Of a stretch of DNA of 64,000 nt, positions 1 to 9,510 are shown piece by piece. Source of the DNA: an uncultured Chloroflexia bacterium. Lineage in GTDB: Bacteria > Chloroflexota > Limnocylindria > Limnocylindrales > CSP1-4. The stretch covers positions 800,001-864,000 of the forward strand of contig CAVYIM010000003.1 of NCBI GenBank assembly GCA_963768655.1, written 5' to 3'. The notes below the pieces were generated by a model. That model did not search any database. It was not told the origin of the DNA and saw only the letters and a program-made list of their open reading frames with translations. The position numbers were made by a program, and so were the translations under genes. Every line of letters begins with the position of its first letter. The first letter of the stretch is position 1.

Positions 1-273
1 CGCCCCGATGGTGACCAGAACACGCGCCTGCTTGCGCAGGGCCTTGATCTGGTCCAGGTGTTCCGGCGCGCTGATCGAGCCCTCGACGAAGACGACGTCG
101 TACGGGCCGGGGGAGTGGTGAGAGGTGGCCTCGGGGAACTCGACGATGTCGAACCGGCTGACGATCTCGAGGAGCTTGTCTTCGAGGTCCAGGATGGTGA
201 GCTGGCAGCCGTCGCACGAGGCGAACTTGGCGACGGCGACTCGCGGGCGGACGGCCTTGCCGGTCGTAGCCAT
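1..273 (-). CDS. hydD: Group 3b [NiFe]-hydrogenase small (delta) subunit, 5' part; runs off the window edge
   Basis: Manual translation MATTGKAVRPRVAVAKFASCDGCQLTILDLEDKLL...YDVVFVEGSI...LVTIGA, with the CxxC small-subunit motif. The ATG overlaps the upstream stop (TGATG). Confidence 0.9.
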   Translation of the reverse strand, partial: MATTGKAVRPRVAVAKFASCDGCQLTILDLEDKLLEIVSRFDIVEFPEATSHHSPGPYDVVFVEGSISAPEHLDQIKALRKQARVLVTIGA

Positions 274-2282
274 CAGATGCCCTCCCGGACGTAGAGATCG
301 CCGAGCTCACTCAGACGGAACACCGGGCCGTCCTTGCAGACGAAATACGGCCCGGTCTGGCAGTGGCCGCACAGCCCGATGCCGCACTCCATGTGGCGCT
401 CCATCGAGACGTTGATCCGTTCGGGCGGAACGCCCTTGGAGATGAGCGACTGGACCGAGGCCTGCATCATCCGCTCCGGTCCCACGACGAAGGCGGTGAT
501 CTTGGAGCAGTCGCACGACATCATGTCGAAGAGCGTGGTCACGACGCCGACACGGCCCTTCCACTCGGGGCCGGCCCTGTCCACCGTCACGGCGACGTCG
601 ATGGCGTTGCCGGCCGACCAGGCGACGAGGTCGTCACGGAAGAGCTGGTCCTCCGGCGTGCGGGAGCCGTAGTACAGCGAAACCGACTCGAACCGGTCGC
701 GGTTGGCCACGAGCGCCTCCACCAGACCGTGGAGCGGCGACAGACCGACGCCTCCGGCGACCACGACGGCATGCCTGCCGTACGCGTCTTCGATCGGCCA
801 GAAAGTGCCGAGCGGCCCGCGGACACCGACTTTGGCGCCCGGATGCAGATTCACCAGGGCTGTGGAAGTTGGCCCGACGGCGCGGATCGTGAGGTCGATG
901 CCGTTCGCACGGAAGCGCGAGATCGAGATGGGGACGGCCGGGAAGGCCGGCAGGGCGACCATCACGAACTGGCCCGGGCGGCCGGCGAGGAAGGCTCGGT
1001 CGAGGTCGGTCAGCGACAGCGTCGTCGTGTCGTCAGTCTCCTCCTTGACCGAGGCGAGGCGCGCGAGCGAGAAGCTGCCGGGGCTGGCGGCCACGGGCTC
1101 GACCGCGACTGGCCGCTCGATCGGCTGGATGACCGGCGCGATCGCCTGGAGCTCCTCGCGGACGTCTATTCGGACCGGGCACCAGGTGATGCAGCGACCG
1201 CAGCCGACGCAGCCGAAGCTGCCGAACTGGTCCATCCACGACGAGAACTTGTGAGTCAGCCACTGGCGGTAGCGGTCGCGCGGGCGGGCCCGGAAGTCGC
1301 CGCCGGCGACCTTGGCGAAGTTGACGTCGAAGCAGGAGTCCCACTGCCGTTCCGTGACGCTGGTCCGACCCTCCATGTCCGACCGCTCCGTCACCGAGGT
1401 GCAGAAGCACGTCGGGCATGCCATCGTGCAGTTGCCGCATTCGACGCAGCGCTCCGCCACGATGCCCCAGCGTGGATTGTCCAGCTGGTGCTTGAGGCGC
1501 TGGTCGATGCCGGCCATCGGCAGCGGCTCGCCGATCTGGGTGCGGACTGCCTCGACGACGTCGACGGCGGCGCCGGTCTCGGCGTGCGTGGGCCGGCGTG
1601 TGGGCAGATGAGCCACGATTGCGGCCCCGGCCGGAGAGCCGGCCTGCATGACGAAGCCGTCGTCGATTTCTGTCAGGAGGATGTCGTAGCCGCTTCGAAC
1701 TTCCGGTCCGGTTCCCATCGACGAGCAGAAGCAGGTGCTCGAAGACGTAGTGCACTGCACGGCCACGATCAGGGCGGCCTTGCGTCGGGCTCGGAAGTCC
1801 TCGTCCGTGAACGGGCTGCCGAGGAAGACCCGATCCTGCATCCCAAGAGCCGCGATCTCGCAGGCGCGAACGCCCAGGAATGCCAGCTGCGGCGCGACGG
1901 TCTTGGGCTGGTCGAAGCCGAAGCCGCCGGACAGGTGAGCCGTCGCGATCGGAAGGTTGGGTGGGAAGGTGAAGCGCTTCCAGGGCGTCGGTCCGACGGT
2001 GTAGCCGAAGACGCGCTCATCCGAGCGCTCGGCCAGCCGGTAGCGACCGGCGACCTGTTCGTCTCTGATGCCCACAGGCAGATCCGCGGCCGACTGGATC
2101 TCGTCGTTGACGATGGCTCCGTCGCGGACGGTTGGACCGATGACGGTGCGCCCCGCCTTGCGCAGGGCCTGGATCAGGGCATCCAGGTCGGAGCGCGCCA
2201 GGAACCACTGCCTGGCCACGGCCGCCGGGCTAGGGACAGGGTTGGTGATCACGGATCCAGTAACCTCCCGGGCGCGATTCAC
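273..2282 (-). CDS. Fused sulfhydrogenase beta (4Fe-4S dicluster) and gamma (FAD/NAD(P)-binding, 2Fe-2S) subunits
   Basis: N-half has CFCSSMGTGP, CVECGNCTMACPTCFC and CVGCGRCITWCP. C-half has PGQFVM, GVRGPLG, AGGVGLSP and MECGIGLCGHC...CKDGPVF. Confidence 0.9.
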   Translation of the reverse strand: MNRAREVTGSVITNPVPSPAAVARQWFLARSDLDALIQALRKAGRTVIGPTVRDGAIVNDEIQSAADLPVGIRDEQVAGRYRLAERSDERVFGYTVGPTPWKRFTFPPNLPIATAHLSGGFGFDQPKTVAPQLAFLGVRACEIAALGMQDRVFLGSPFTDEDFRARRKAALIVAVQCTTSSSTCFCSSMGTGPEVRSGYDILLTEIDDGFVMQAGSPAGAAIVAHLPTRRPTHAETGAAVDVVEAVRTQIGEPLPMAGIDQRLKHQLDNPRWGIVAERCVECGNCTMACPTCFCTSVTERSDMEGRTSVTERQWDSCFDVNFAKVAGGDFRARPRDRYRQWLTHKFSSWMDQFGSFGCVGCGRCITWCPVRIDVREELQAIAPVIQPIERPVAVEPVAASPGSFSLARLASVKEETDDTTTLSLTDLDRAFLAGRPGQFVMVALPAFPAVPISISRFRANGIDLTIRAVGPTSTALVNLHPGAKVGVRGPLGTFWPIEDAYGRHAVVVAGGVGLSPLHGLVEALVANRDRFESVSLYYGSRTPEDQLFRDDLVAWSAGNAIDVAVTVDRAGPEWKGRVGVVTTLFDMMSCDCSKITAFVVGPERMMQASVQSLISKGVPPERINVSMERHMECGIGLCGHCQTGPYFVCKDGPVFRLSELGDLYVREGI

Positions 2283-2302
2283 AGGCCGGTTCGGACGTCA
2301 CC

Positions 2303-2767
2303 CTAGCGGGCGAACAGATCCAGGAGCTGCAGCCGGGTGGCGCGGAGGCGTCTGGCCACAGCCTTCAGGACTTGAGGGTAGAGACTGGCGGCGAGGGCAT
2401 GGTCTTCCTTGATGGCCGCTCGAAGCTTCACGCCGTCGATGACGAGGGCTCGGCTGGCCTCGGTGGCCACGACCGTTGATTGAGCCTGGCCTTCGCTCAT
2501 CACGGCGGACCAGCCGAAGATGTCACCCGGCTCGACGCTGAGGATCGTGACCGGGCCACGTTCGGGCACGAGCGTCCGCAGAGCAAGTCGGCCGGACACG
2601 AGGATGCCCATCGCTCTGGTGTCGTCGCCCTCGTGGAGGATCACTTCGTCCGCTTCGAAATCCTGGATATCGCCGAGTTTGGCCAGGCGCTCCTGCGTCT
2701 CGGGTGCGAGATCGGCTCCAAACCATGTGTGGTTGAGCATGGCGATGACCGCAGCGTAATCGTCCAT
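2303..2767 (-). CDS. Stand-alone cyclic nucleotide-binding (Crp-type, no HTH) domain protein
   Basis: C-terminal part of ORF 2303..3865: VILHEGD...ILVSGRL...PGDIFGWSAV. Start inferred at ATG GAC (2767). Confidence 0.85.
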   Translation of the reverse strand: MDDYAAVIAMLNHTWFGADLAPETQERLAKLGDIQDFEADEVILHEGDDTRAMGILVSGRLALRTLVPERGPVTILSVEPGDIFGWSAVMSEGQAQSTVVATEASRALVIDGVKLRAAIKEDHALAASLYPQVLKAVARRLRATRLQLLDLFAR

Positions 2768-2801
2768 TGCGCGAGCATGCATTTGGGCCCCGGCCACGGG
2801 C

Positions 2802-2839
2802 AGTGCCATCAGGTCGGCGAGCGTGGGCCATTCGGCCCC
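2802..2839 (-). promoter_or_regulatory. DevR/OsdR-like box pair upstream of the cNMP-hydrogenase genes
   Basis: AGTGCCATCAGGTCG (2802-2816) and GGGCCATTCGGCCCC (2825-2839). The same pair with the same spacing occurs at 7476-7513. Confidence 0.6.
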
Positions 2840-2895
2840 GTTGCCCCGAGTGGCCGCTGGCACCGGGCGCGTGCCGCATCCCGCGGTCGGCGCCG

Positions 2896-4871
2896 CTACA
2901 CCTGCACCGGCCGCAGACCCTCCGCAACCACCTCGGCGATATCCATGACGCGGATGGTCTCCACGCCCGTGTCCTTGAGCCCGTCCTCGAACATAGTCAA
3001 GCAGTAGGGGCAGGCCACGCAAACCGTCGATGGGCCGGCCGCCAGCGCGCCAACCGCCTCGCCGACTCGGGCGACGTTGATCCGCTCCCCTTCCAGCTCC
3101 TCCATCCACATCCGGCCACCTCCGGCCCCGCAGCAGAAAGCGTTCTCGCGGTTGCGCGGCGCTTCGACCGGCGGCTCGCCGGTCACGGCGGCAATGGCAC
3201 GCCGCGGCTCGTCGTAGATGCCGTTGTGCCGGCCGAGATAGCAGGAGTCGTGGTAGAGGACCTGCCCGAGCGCCTTCGCCTGGCGATTCGGCTTGATCTT
3301 GCCGTCCGCCAGCAATCGCCCGAGCAGCTCGGAGTGGTGCAGCACTTCCAGCTCGAGCCCGTACTGGCGGTAGTCGTTCTTGAGAGTGTTGAGGCAGTGC
3401 GGGCACTGGGTGATGATCTTCGTCACCTTTCGGTTGACGAAGATCTCGACGTTCTCTCGCGCCATCTGATCGAACAGGTACTCGTTGCCGAGCCGCCTGG
3501 CGCTGTCGCCGCAGCACTTCTCGTCTTTGCCGAGTACGCCCCAGCTGACCCCGGCCATGTCCAGCACCGTGGCAATGGCGACCGTGACCGCCTTCTGCCG
3601 TGCGTCGAACGTCCCGGCGCAGCCGATGTAGAACAGGTACTCCGTCTCGCCCGCGACGAAGTCCCTGACCTCCATTGTGGTGTGCCACTTGGTTCGCTCC
3701 GTCGGAGCGATGCCCCATGGGTTGGATCGCTGCTCCATGTTCTCGAAGAGGTTCATCAGCTCTTCGGGGAACTCGCTCTTCATCTCCACGAGGTTCCGGC
3801 GCATCTTGATGATCTTGGGCATGTGCTCGATCAGCACCGGGCAGGATTCCATGCAGGCCCCACACGTGGTGCAGGACCAGATGGCCTCCGGGGTGTTGGT
3901 GGCTTCGCCCTCGGTGCCGATGAGCGGACGTGCGGCTCCCGACCTGCCTTGAGATCGGCCGAGTTGGCCATCAGATTCATCTTGATCGAATGGATGACCT
4001 GGCGCGGATTGAGGGCCTTGTTGGTGGCAGTCGCCGGGCAGGCTTCCTGACACCGGCCGCACTCGGTGCACGAGAACGAGTCGAGCAGGTCCTTCCAGGT
4101 GAAGTCGCTGACTTCGCCTGCGCCATACGTGTTGCCAGTGGTGAATTCCTCGCGCGGCTGGGTGTTGGGCTTGTCGAACCTGGCGAAGAAGGAGTTGGGG
4201 ATGGCCGTGAGGATGTGCATGTGCTTGGAGATCGGCAGGAAGACCAGGAACGAGCACAGCACGACGGCATGCACCCACCAGAAGAACGTGCCGTAGGCGC
4301 CGTCGCCGGGAAGCCGAGCCACCAGCGAAGACACGGGCATCCAGCCCGACAGGGGCTCCTGGCCGCGGGCGATCTCGGCGCCGTGAATGCCGAAATAGGC
4401 GACCATCAACAGGCCGATGAAGATGAGGATCAGGAAGCCCTCGAGACTTCGCCGCTTGACGTACTTGGTGTCCAGCTTGAACAGGAGGCGGCGCACGATC
4501 GCCAGAAGAACGGCGACGAGAGCCAGAAGCGATACGACGTCGAACAGCAGGAACAGCGGCCCGCGGAGATAGTCGGGGAGCAGGCGAAGGCTGATGCCCG
4601 GAAACAGACCGCTGACGATGAAGTCGGTATTGGCGATGAGCAGGACCAGGAACGACCAGAAGATGACGAAGTGGTTGAGCCCGAAGGGCCGCGCCAGCAC
4701 GCGCTTCTGTCCGAACGCGTATAGGAGCATGTCCCAGGCGCGCCGGGGCAGGTTGTCGAACCGGTTCTCGGGCTTGCCGAAACGAATGAGAGACAGCCGC
4801 CTCCAGGCGAGAACGCCGAACGCGACCGCCGCCAGGCCCGCCAGGACGGCGAACGCGAGTTGCTGGCTCAT
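2896..4871 (-). CDS. Membrane heme-b/4Fe-4S/CCG oxidoreductase (FadF/HdrD-like, probable ETF:menaquinone oxidoreductase); frameshift near 3935
   Basis: TM region with His residues (NHFVIFW, WWVH, SKHMH), then CTECGRCQEACP, CTTCGACMESCP and two CCG domains (KCCGD, FCCGAGGG). Split across ORFs 3831..4871 and 2896..4278. Confidence 0.88.
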
Positions 4872-6205
4872 TCGGGCGCGCTCGCGGCCTTCATGTCGCG
4901 CAGACGGCTGGTTATGGCCGGGATGATCGTGAGGACGTCACCGACGATGCCGTAGGTCGCGACCTGGAAGATCGGGGCGTCCTTGTCGCGGTTGATGGCG
5001 ATGATCACGTCGGAGTCCTGCATCCCGACGAGATGCTGGATCGCGCCGGAGATGCCGCAGGCGATGTAGATCTTCGGGCGGACCGTCTTGCCCGTCTGCC
5101 CGACCTGGCGATCCTGGGGCATCCAGCCGGCGTCCACGACGGAACGGGAAGCTCCGACCACGCCGCCGAGCTCGTCGGCGAGCTCCTGGAGCATGGCGAA
5201 GTTCTCCCTGCCCATCATCCCCCTGCCGCCCGAGACGATCAGGTCTGCGCCGGCGATGTCGACGTCATGCCGTTGCCTGTCGCTGACGGTCTCCAGGACC
5301 TTGACGAGGATGTCGTCTTCCTCGATCTCGCAGGTCTCCCGGACTGTCGTGCCGCTTCTGCCCGGCTGCCTCTCCGGCATCTGCATGACATGCGGCCTTA
5401 CCGTCGCCATCTGGGGCCGGAATCGGTCGCACATGATCGTCGCCATGATGTTGCCGCCAAAGGCGGGGCGGGTCTGCATCAGGTTGCGCTTGTCGTCGAT
5501 GGCGAGGCCGGTGCAGTCTGCGGTGAGGCCGGTGCCGACGGCGGTGGCCACTGCTCCGGCCAGGTCGCGGCCCAGACCGGTTGCCCCCATCAGGATGATC
5601 TCGGGCTTGTACTTCGCGATCAGCTGGCAGACTGCCTGCAAGTAGCTCTCGGTGCGGTAGTAGCGGAAGGCCGGCGCGTCAACCAGGTAGGCGTTGTCGG
5701 CGCCGTACTCGAACGCTTCGGTGCAGAGGTGCTCGACGCCGGCACCGATCACCAGCGCCGAAAGCGGCACGGCCAGCGTATCGGCAAGCTCGCGGCCTTT
5801 GCCGACCAGCTCCCACGATACCTTGGCCGGGTCTCCCTCGGTCTGCTCGACCAGGACCCAGACTCCCTTGTAAGCGGCGAGTTTGCGGGCCAGAGCTCGA
5901 GCCTCCGGGTCGTCGGAGCCATCTGGAGCACCGCCGCGTTCGGCCAGGATCTGGGCGAGAACGGCCTGTTCCTCAGGCGTGAAGAACATGTCGATGGCCT
6001 GGGCGGGGCAGACCTTCACGCATTTCACGCAGCCGATGCACTTGGACTCGTCGATGACCGGCGAGTCGGTGGCGGCATTCATCTCGATGCAATCGTCGAC
6101 CGGGCAGGCAGCCTGGCACCTGGCGCCACAGGCGATACAGCGCCCCTCGATCAGCTGGGCCTTGCCGCGCGGCCGCTTGACTATCGGCTTTCTCGCTTCG
6201 GTCAT
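4868..6205 (-). CDS. etfA: Electron transfer flavoprotein alpha subunit with N-terminal 2x[4Fe-4S] ferredoxin domain
   Basis: [13 protein letters not shown] and [12 protein letters not shown], followed by GLTADCT, RPAFGG, VSGGRG, QVGQTGK and [10 protein letters not shown]. Confidence 0.93.
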   Translation of the reverse strand: MTEARKPIVKRPRGKAQLIEGRCIACGARCQAACPVDDCIEMNAATDSPVIDESKCIGCVKCVKVCPAQAIDMFFTPEEQAVLAQILAERGGAPDGSDDPEARALARKLAAYKGVWVLVEQTEGDPAKVSWELVGKGRELADTLAVPLSALVIGAGVEHLCTEAFEYGADNAYLVDAPAFRYYRTESYLQAVCQLIAKYKPEIILMGATGLGRDLAGAVATAVGTGLTADCTGLAIDDKRNLMQTRPAFGGNIMATIMCDRFRPQMATVRPHVMQMPERQPGRSGTTVRETCEIEEDDILVKVLETVSDRQRHDVDIAGADLIVSGGRGMMGRENFAMLQELADELGGVVGASRSVVDAGWMPQDRQVGQTGKTVRPKIYIACGISGAIQHLVGMQDSDVIIAINRDKDAPIFQVATYGIVGDVLTIIPAITSRLRDMKAASAPE

Positions 6206-6248
6206 GGGTGACTTCCGGAGTCCTCTCTTGTCGAAACGGATGCTCTGA

Positions 6249-7061
6249 CTACAAGGCGACGAGGTCTTTGCTCAACAGCTTGTCGACCAGGAGATTGGCT
6301 GCGCCGATCGGATCGTTGGCGCCGTCGCCGATCATTTCGCCCTTGTCGCGCTGCGGCGAGAAGATGCGGCTGACCCACGTGGGTGAGCCCTTGAGGCCGA
6401 TCTCGCGGACGTTCAGCTTCAGCACGCGGTTGCCCCAAACCTCGACGTCATGCTGTTGCGCGAGGAGGCGCATCGGCACGGTCGGGTAGCGCGGACGGTT
6501 GATCTCCCGCACGACGGTGATCATCACCGGCAGCGGGGCTTCGACGATCTCGTGGCGCCCTTCGAGCTTGCGACGAACGCGGATCCGACCCCGGGCCAGG
6601 TCGATGCTGATGATCCGATCCACGAGTGTCAGCTGGGGGTAGCCGAGCCTGGTCGCTATCCCGGGACCTACCTGGGCCGTGTCGCCGTCGATCGTCTGCC
6701 TGCCGCAGAAGACGATGCCGATCTCCTCTTCGTCATTCAGGCGGCGGATTGCAGCGGCAAGGACGTTGCTGGTGGCGAGCGTGTCTGCGCCGCCGAACAC
6801 TCGATCTGACAGAAGCACTGCTCGGTCGACACCCAGGGCCAGCGCTCGTCGCAGCGTCGCCTCGGCGTTGAGGGGCCCCATCGAGATGGCCGTGACCCGG
6901 CAGTGTGAGCTGTCCTTCAGGCGCAGCGCCGTCTCGAGGGCTTGCGTGTCGTAAGGATTGACTATGAACGGGATGCCTTCACGGACGAGGGTGTTGGTGA
7001 CCGGGTCGATCTGGACCTGAGTCGTATCCGGAACCTGTTTGATACATGCGACTAGCTGCAC
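6249..7061 (-). CDS. etfB: Electron transfer flavoprotein beta subunit (FixA-like)
   Basis: ACIKQVPD, NPYD, LSDRVFGGADTLATS, GRQTIDGDTAQVGP. Confidence 0.95.
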   Translation of the reverse strand: MQLVACIKQVPDTTQVQIDPVTNTLVREGIPFIVNPYDTQALETALRLKDSSHCRVTAISMGPLNAEATLRRALALGVDRAVLLSDRVFGGADTLATSNVLAAAIRRLNDEEEIGIVFCGRQTIDGDTAQVGPGIATRLGYPQLTLVDRIISIDLARGRIRVRRKLEGRHEIVEAPLPVMITVVREINRPRYPTVPMRLLAQQHDVEVWGNRVLKLNVREIGLKGSPTWVSRIFSPQRDKGEMIGDGANDPIGAANLLVDKLLSKDLVAL

Positions 7062-7138
7062 AGATATACCTCAACCCTTGGGGGCCAAGTCCGAGCTGGT
7101 GGTGTGGGGGCGGCGCGTGAGCTTCGCGCCTGAAACGG

Positions 7139-7396
7139 TCAGCTCGCCATCAGCGGCAGGCGTGCGGTCAGGGCTCGGTTCGTGCAGGCGGCCGGGTGGC
7201 GCAACCCGTCGATTGCCTTCGCCTCGCTGGCTCCGGCGACCTCGACCGTGGGCTGAACCTGCGTGGGGGCGGGGACGGCGGCCGCGGACTCCTGGATCGT
7301 GCCCAGCCGGACCGGGCGCTCCGGGCTCTCGGGCGTGAGCTCGCGGCCGGATGGTGTGTCGTTGGGCCTGGCGATGATCGAGGCGTGACCGTCCAT
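7139..7396 (-). CDS. Small hypothetical protein, possibly the leaderless first gene of the etf unit
   Basis: 85-aa ORF. Its ATG sits 6 nt downstream of a CATCCT -10-like hexamer, the same geometry as the gene at 2767. Confidence 0.4.
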   Translation of the reverse strand: MDGHASIIARPNDTPSGRELTPESPERPVRLGTIQESAAAVPAPTQVQPTVEVAGASEAKAIDGLRHPAACTNRALTARLPLMAS

Positions 7397-7429
7397 GGCC
7401 GGAGGATGCCCCGCCGCGCGGAGGGCACG

Positions 7430-7513
7430 GGAGTGCCATCAGGTTGCGGTGGGAGTGCCATCGGGTTGCGGCAGGAGTGCCATCAGGTCGCGGCGGGCGG
7501 GCCATTCGGCCCC
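7430..7513. repeat. Three tandem 22-bp repeats followed by a GGGCCATTCGGCCCC imperfect palindrome (candidate regulator array)
   Basis: GGAGTGCCATC(A/G)GGT(T/C)GCGG units start at 7430, 7452 and 7474. The palindrome is at 7499-7513. Confidence 0.8.
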
Positions 7514-7593
7514 GCCGCATTACCTGCGAGGTCGCAGGGTTCGGCCCGACGCCGCTAGACTGCACCGAGTCTCCGCACCGCAGTGGAGTCGCG

Positions 7594-8632
7594 ATGGAAT
7601 CCAGAAGGCTTGTCGTCGCTGGGCTGACGGTCGCGGCGGTGGCGCTCATCGTCGCGGGCGTGGTTGCAGTCGCTATCGACTCCGGATCGCCGGCCGGCCC
7701 GTCCACGGCGTCGGCGAGTCTGCCCGGGACACAGACCGGCTCGTACTCCTTCGGCACGCCGTCCCCCAGCGCGCCTCTGCCGACACCGTCCGGGTCTCCC
7801 GGCCAAACGCCCAGCCAGGTCTCTCCGTCTCCGTCGCTCGCGCCCTCGCCCTCTGCCGGCACGACCGGCTTCGTGGTGCGAGGCGCCTCGATCGTCTACT
7901 ACGCGGCCGATGGCACAGTCGTGCCGGTGGAGCCAGTCCCAGGTCTGGGCATGGCTCTCGTCGACGGTCAGGCGCGGTACTACGCGCTAGCGACCAACCC
8001 TTACGGTCTTCGGGCGGGTGCCTATGCGGGAGAGTTCATGCCGAACGTGACCATGCAGCAGGCTGACGGCTCGAGCGCGCAGACTGGTGGGATCGTGCTG
8101 GTCGGGACTGTCGCCAATCGGCTCATCGCCACCCAGCTGGCGTCCTATTCGAATTCAGGCCGACCGCTGGATCGTGGCCTTGCCGGTGGACATCAGAGGG
8201 GCCACGGGGTCGGTCGGAGTCGTGTTCGATCAGTTCGGTTTGCACGGCTGGTCGGATACGCCGCGTGTCACGGTCCGCTTCTCCGGCCAGCTGCCCGTTG
8301 TCAACGTCATCCCGGCCAACACCGGCTACCACGTGCTCGTGGAGCAGCTCGGGGTCACGACCTGGCAGGCGATCGACCCGACGCGGCTCAGTCTCTCGAC
8401 CACCGCCCTGGACCCGAGTCACCTGATGAACGAGCTGCTGATCTACGGGACCGGGACTCCCAGCACACGCACGGACGTCACCGTAAACAAACGCGTGCCG
8501 GTGGGCCGGGCGATGCTGTCCGCGACCGGCGAGGTGAGCGTCTCGTTGGTGGTCCCCGGCAGCCGAGCTGACCTCGGGCCGGATCGGATCCTCACGGTGG
8601 CTGACGTCCCTGTCTTCGTCGCGTCTTCCTAG
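7594..8632 (+). CDS. Membrane-anchored or secreted hypothetical protein with Ser/Pro linker; frameshift near 8150
   Basis: N-terminal hydrophobic helix and a PSPS-rich linker. Continues in ORF 8087..8632. Confidence 0.65.
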
Positions 8633-8807
8633 CCTCCCCCCTGGCCGCGGCCGGGGCCGGCTGCGTTTCTGCCGGCTGCGTTCTGGGCCTGCCGGGTCCT
8701 TCTCCGGGAGGGTTCGTCCGCGCCCCGAATCCGACCTGGGAATGATCCGGGCGGTGGGTCCGATCACTAGACTTGACGCGGCCGAAGGGCGAAAGCGAGG
8801 TAGGGCG

Positions 8808-9458
8808 ATGAGCAACTGCTGGGACGATCGGGATCGCGACAGGGAACACGGCGGGCTCGCCCTGGGCGTCCTGCTGATCGTGCTCGGGGTTCTGTTCCTG
8901 GCCGGCGAGCAGTTCCACGTCGACTGGGGCAGCTATGGCTGGCCGATGTTCGTGATCGTGCCCGGCGTCGTGTTGCTGGTCGTGGGCCTGGCCGTGCCCA
9001 ACGAAGCCGGCCTGGGCATGGCGATCCCGGGCGGGATCATCGCCACCGTAGGTCTGATTCTGGCCTTCCAGGATTCGACTGACACCTATGCCAGCTGGTC
9101 TTACGCGTGGGCCCTGGTAGCCCCCGGATCGGTTGGCGTTTCACTCTTCCTGTACGGGCTGCTGCATCGTCGAGCCGACCTCCTGGACTCAGGCATGCGG
9201 ACGGCCGCGGTAGGTCTCGGCCTGTTCGTCGGTTTCGGGCTCTTCTTCGAAAACGTGATCGGGATCGACGAGGGCAGTTCCACCACGGCGCTCCGTGACG
9301 CGATGCCCTTCCTGGCCGTAGTGCTGGGCGTGATCATCGTCGTCCTGAACGTCCTGCCGCGACCGCGCCGTAGCGGCGACAGGCCGGCGCCCTCCGATAC
9401 CTGGCAGGACGGCGGCGGGTCAGTTCCGCCCGCGCCGCAAGGCCCGGCCGGGGCCTGA
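8808..9458 (+). CDS. Multi-TM membrane protein (LiaI/LiaF-like)
   Basis: GVLLIVLGVLFL...WPMFVIVPG motif and about six hydrophobic segments. Confidence 0.7.
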   Translation: MSNCWDDRDRDREHGGLALGVLLIVLGVLFLAGEQFHVDWGSYGWPMFVIVPGVVLLVVGLAVPNEAGLGMAIPGGIIATVGLILAFQDSTDTYASWSYAWALVAPGSVGVSLFLYGLLHRRADLLDSGMRTAAVGLGLFVGFGLFFENVIGIDEGSSTTALRDAMPFLAVVLGVIIVVLNVLPRPRRSGDRPAPSDTWQDGGGSVPPAPQGPAGA

Positions 9459-9510
9459 GGACGCGCGCCCGTCTCAGCCGGATCGGGCCGCGGCGAGCCG
9501 CCGTGACAGG

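Noticed and set aside
363-2306. Long antisense or alternative-frame ORFs (also 35784..37916, 28098..30089, 62144..63919)
   Set aside because: They are shadows of real genes, expected at high GC3, and carry no recognisable motifs.
2303-3865. Apparent long fusion ORFs in the track (2303..3865, 34417..36120, 45779..47695, 60379..60951)
   Set aside because: Only the C-terminal portions resemble real proteins. The upstream extensions overlap other genes out of frame or run through intergenic DNA.
7430-7493. Possible mini-CRISPR array
   Set aside because: The units are directly tandem with no unique spacers, and there are no cas genes.
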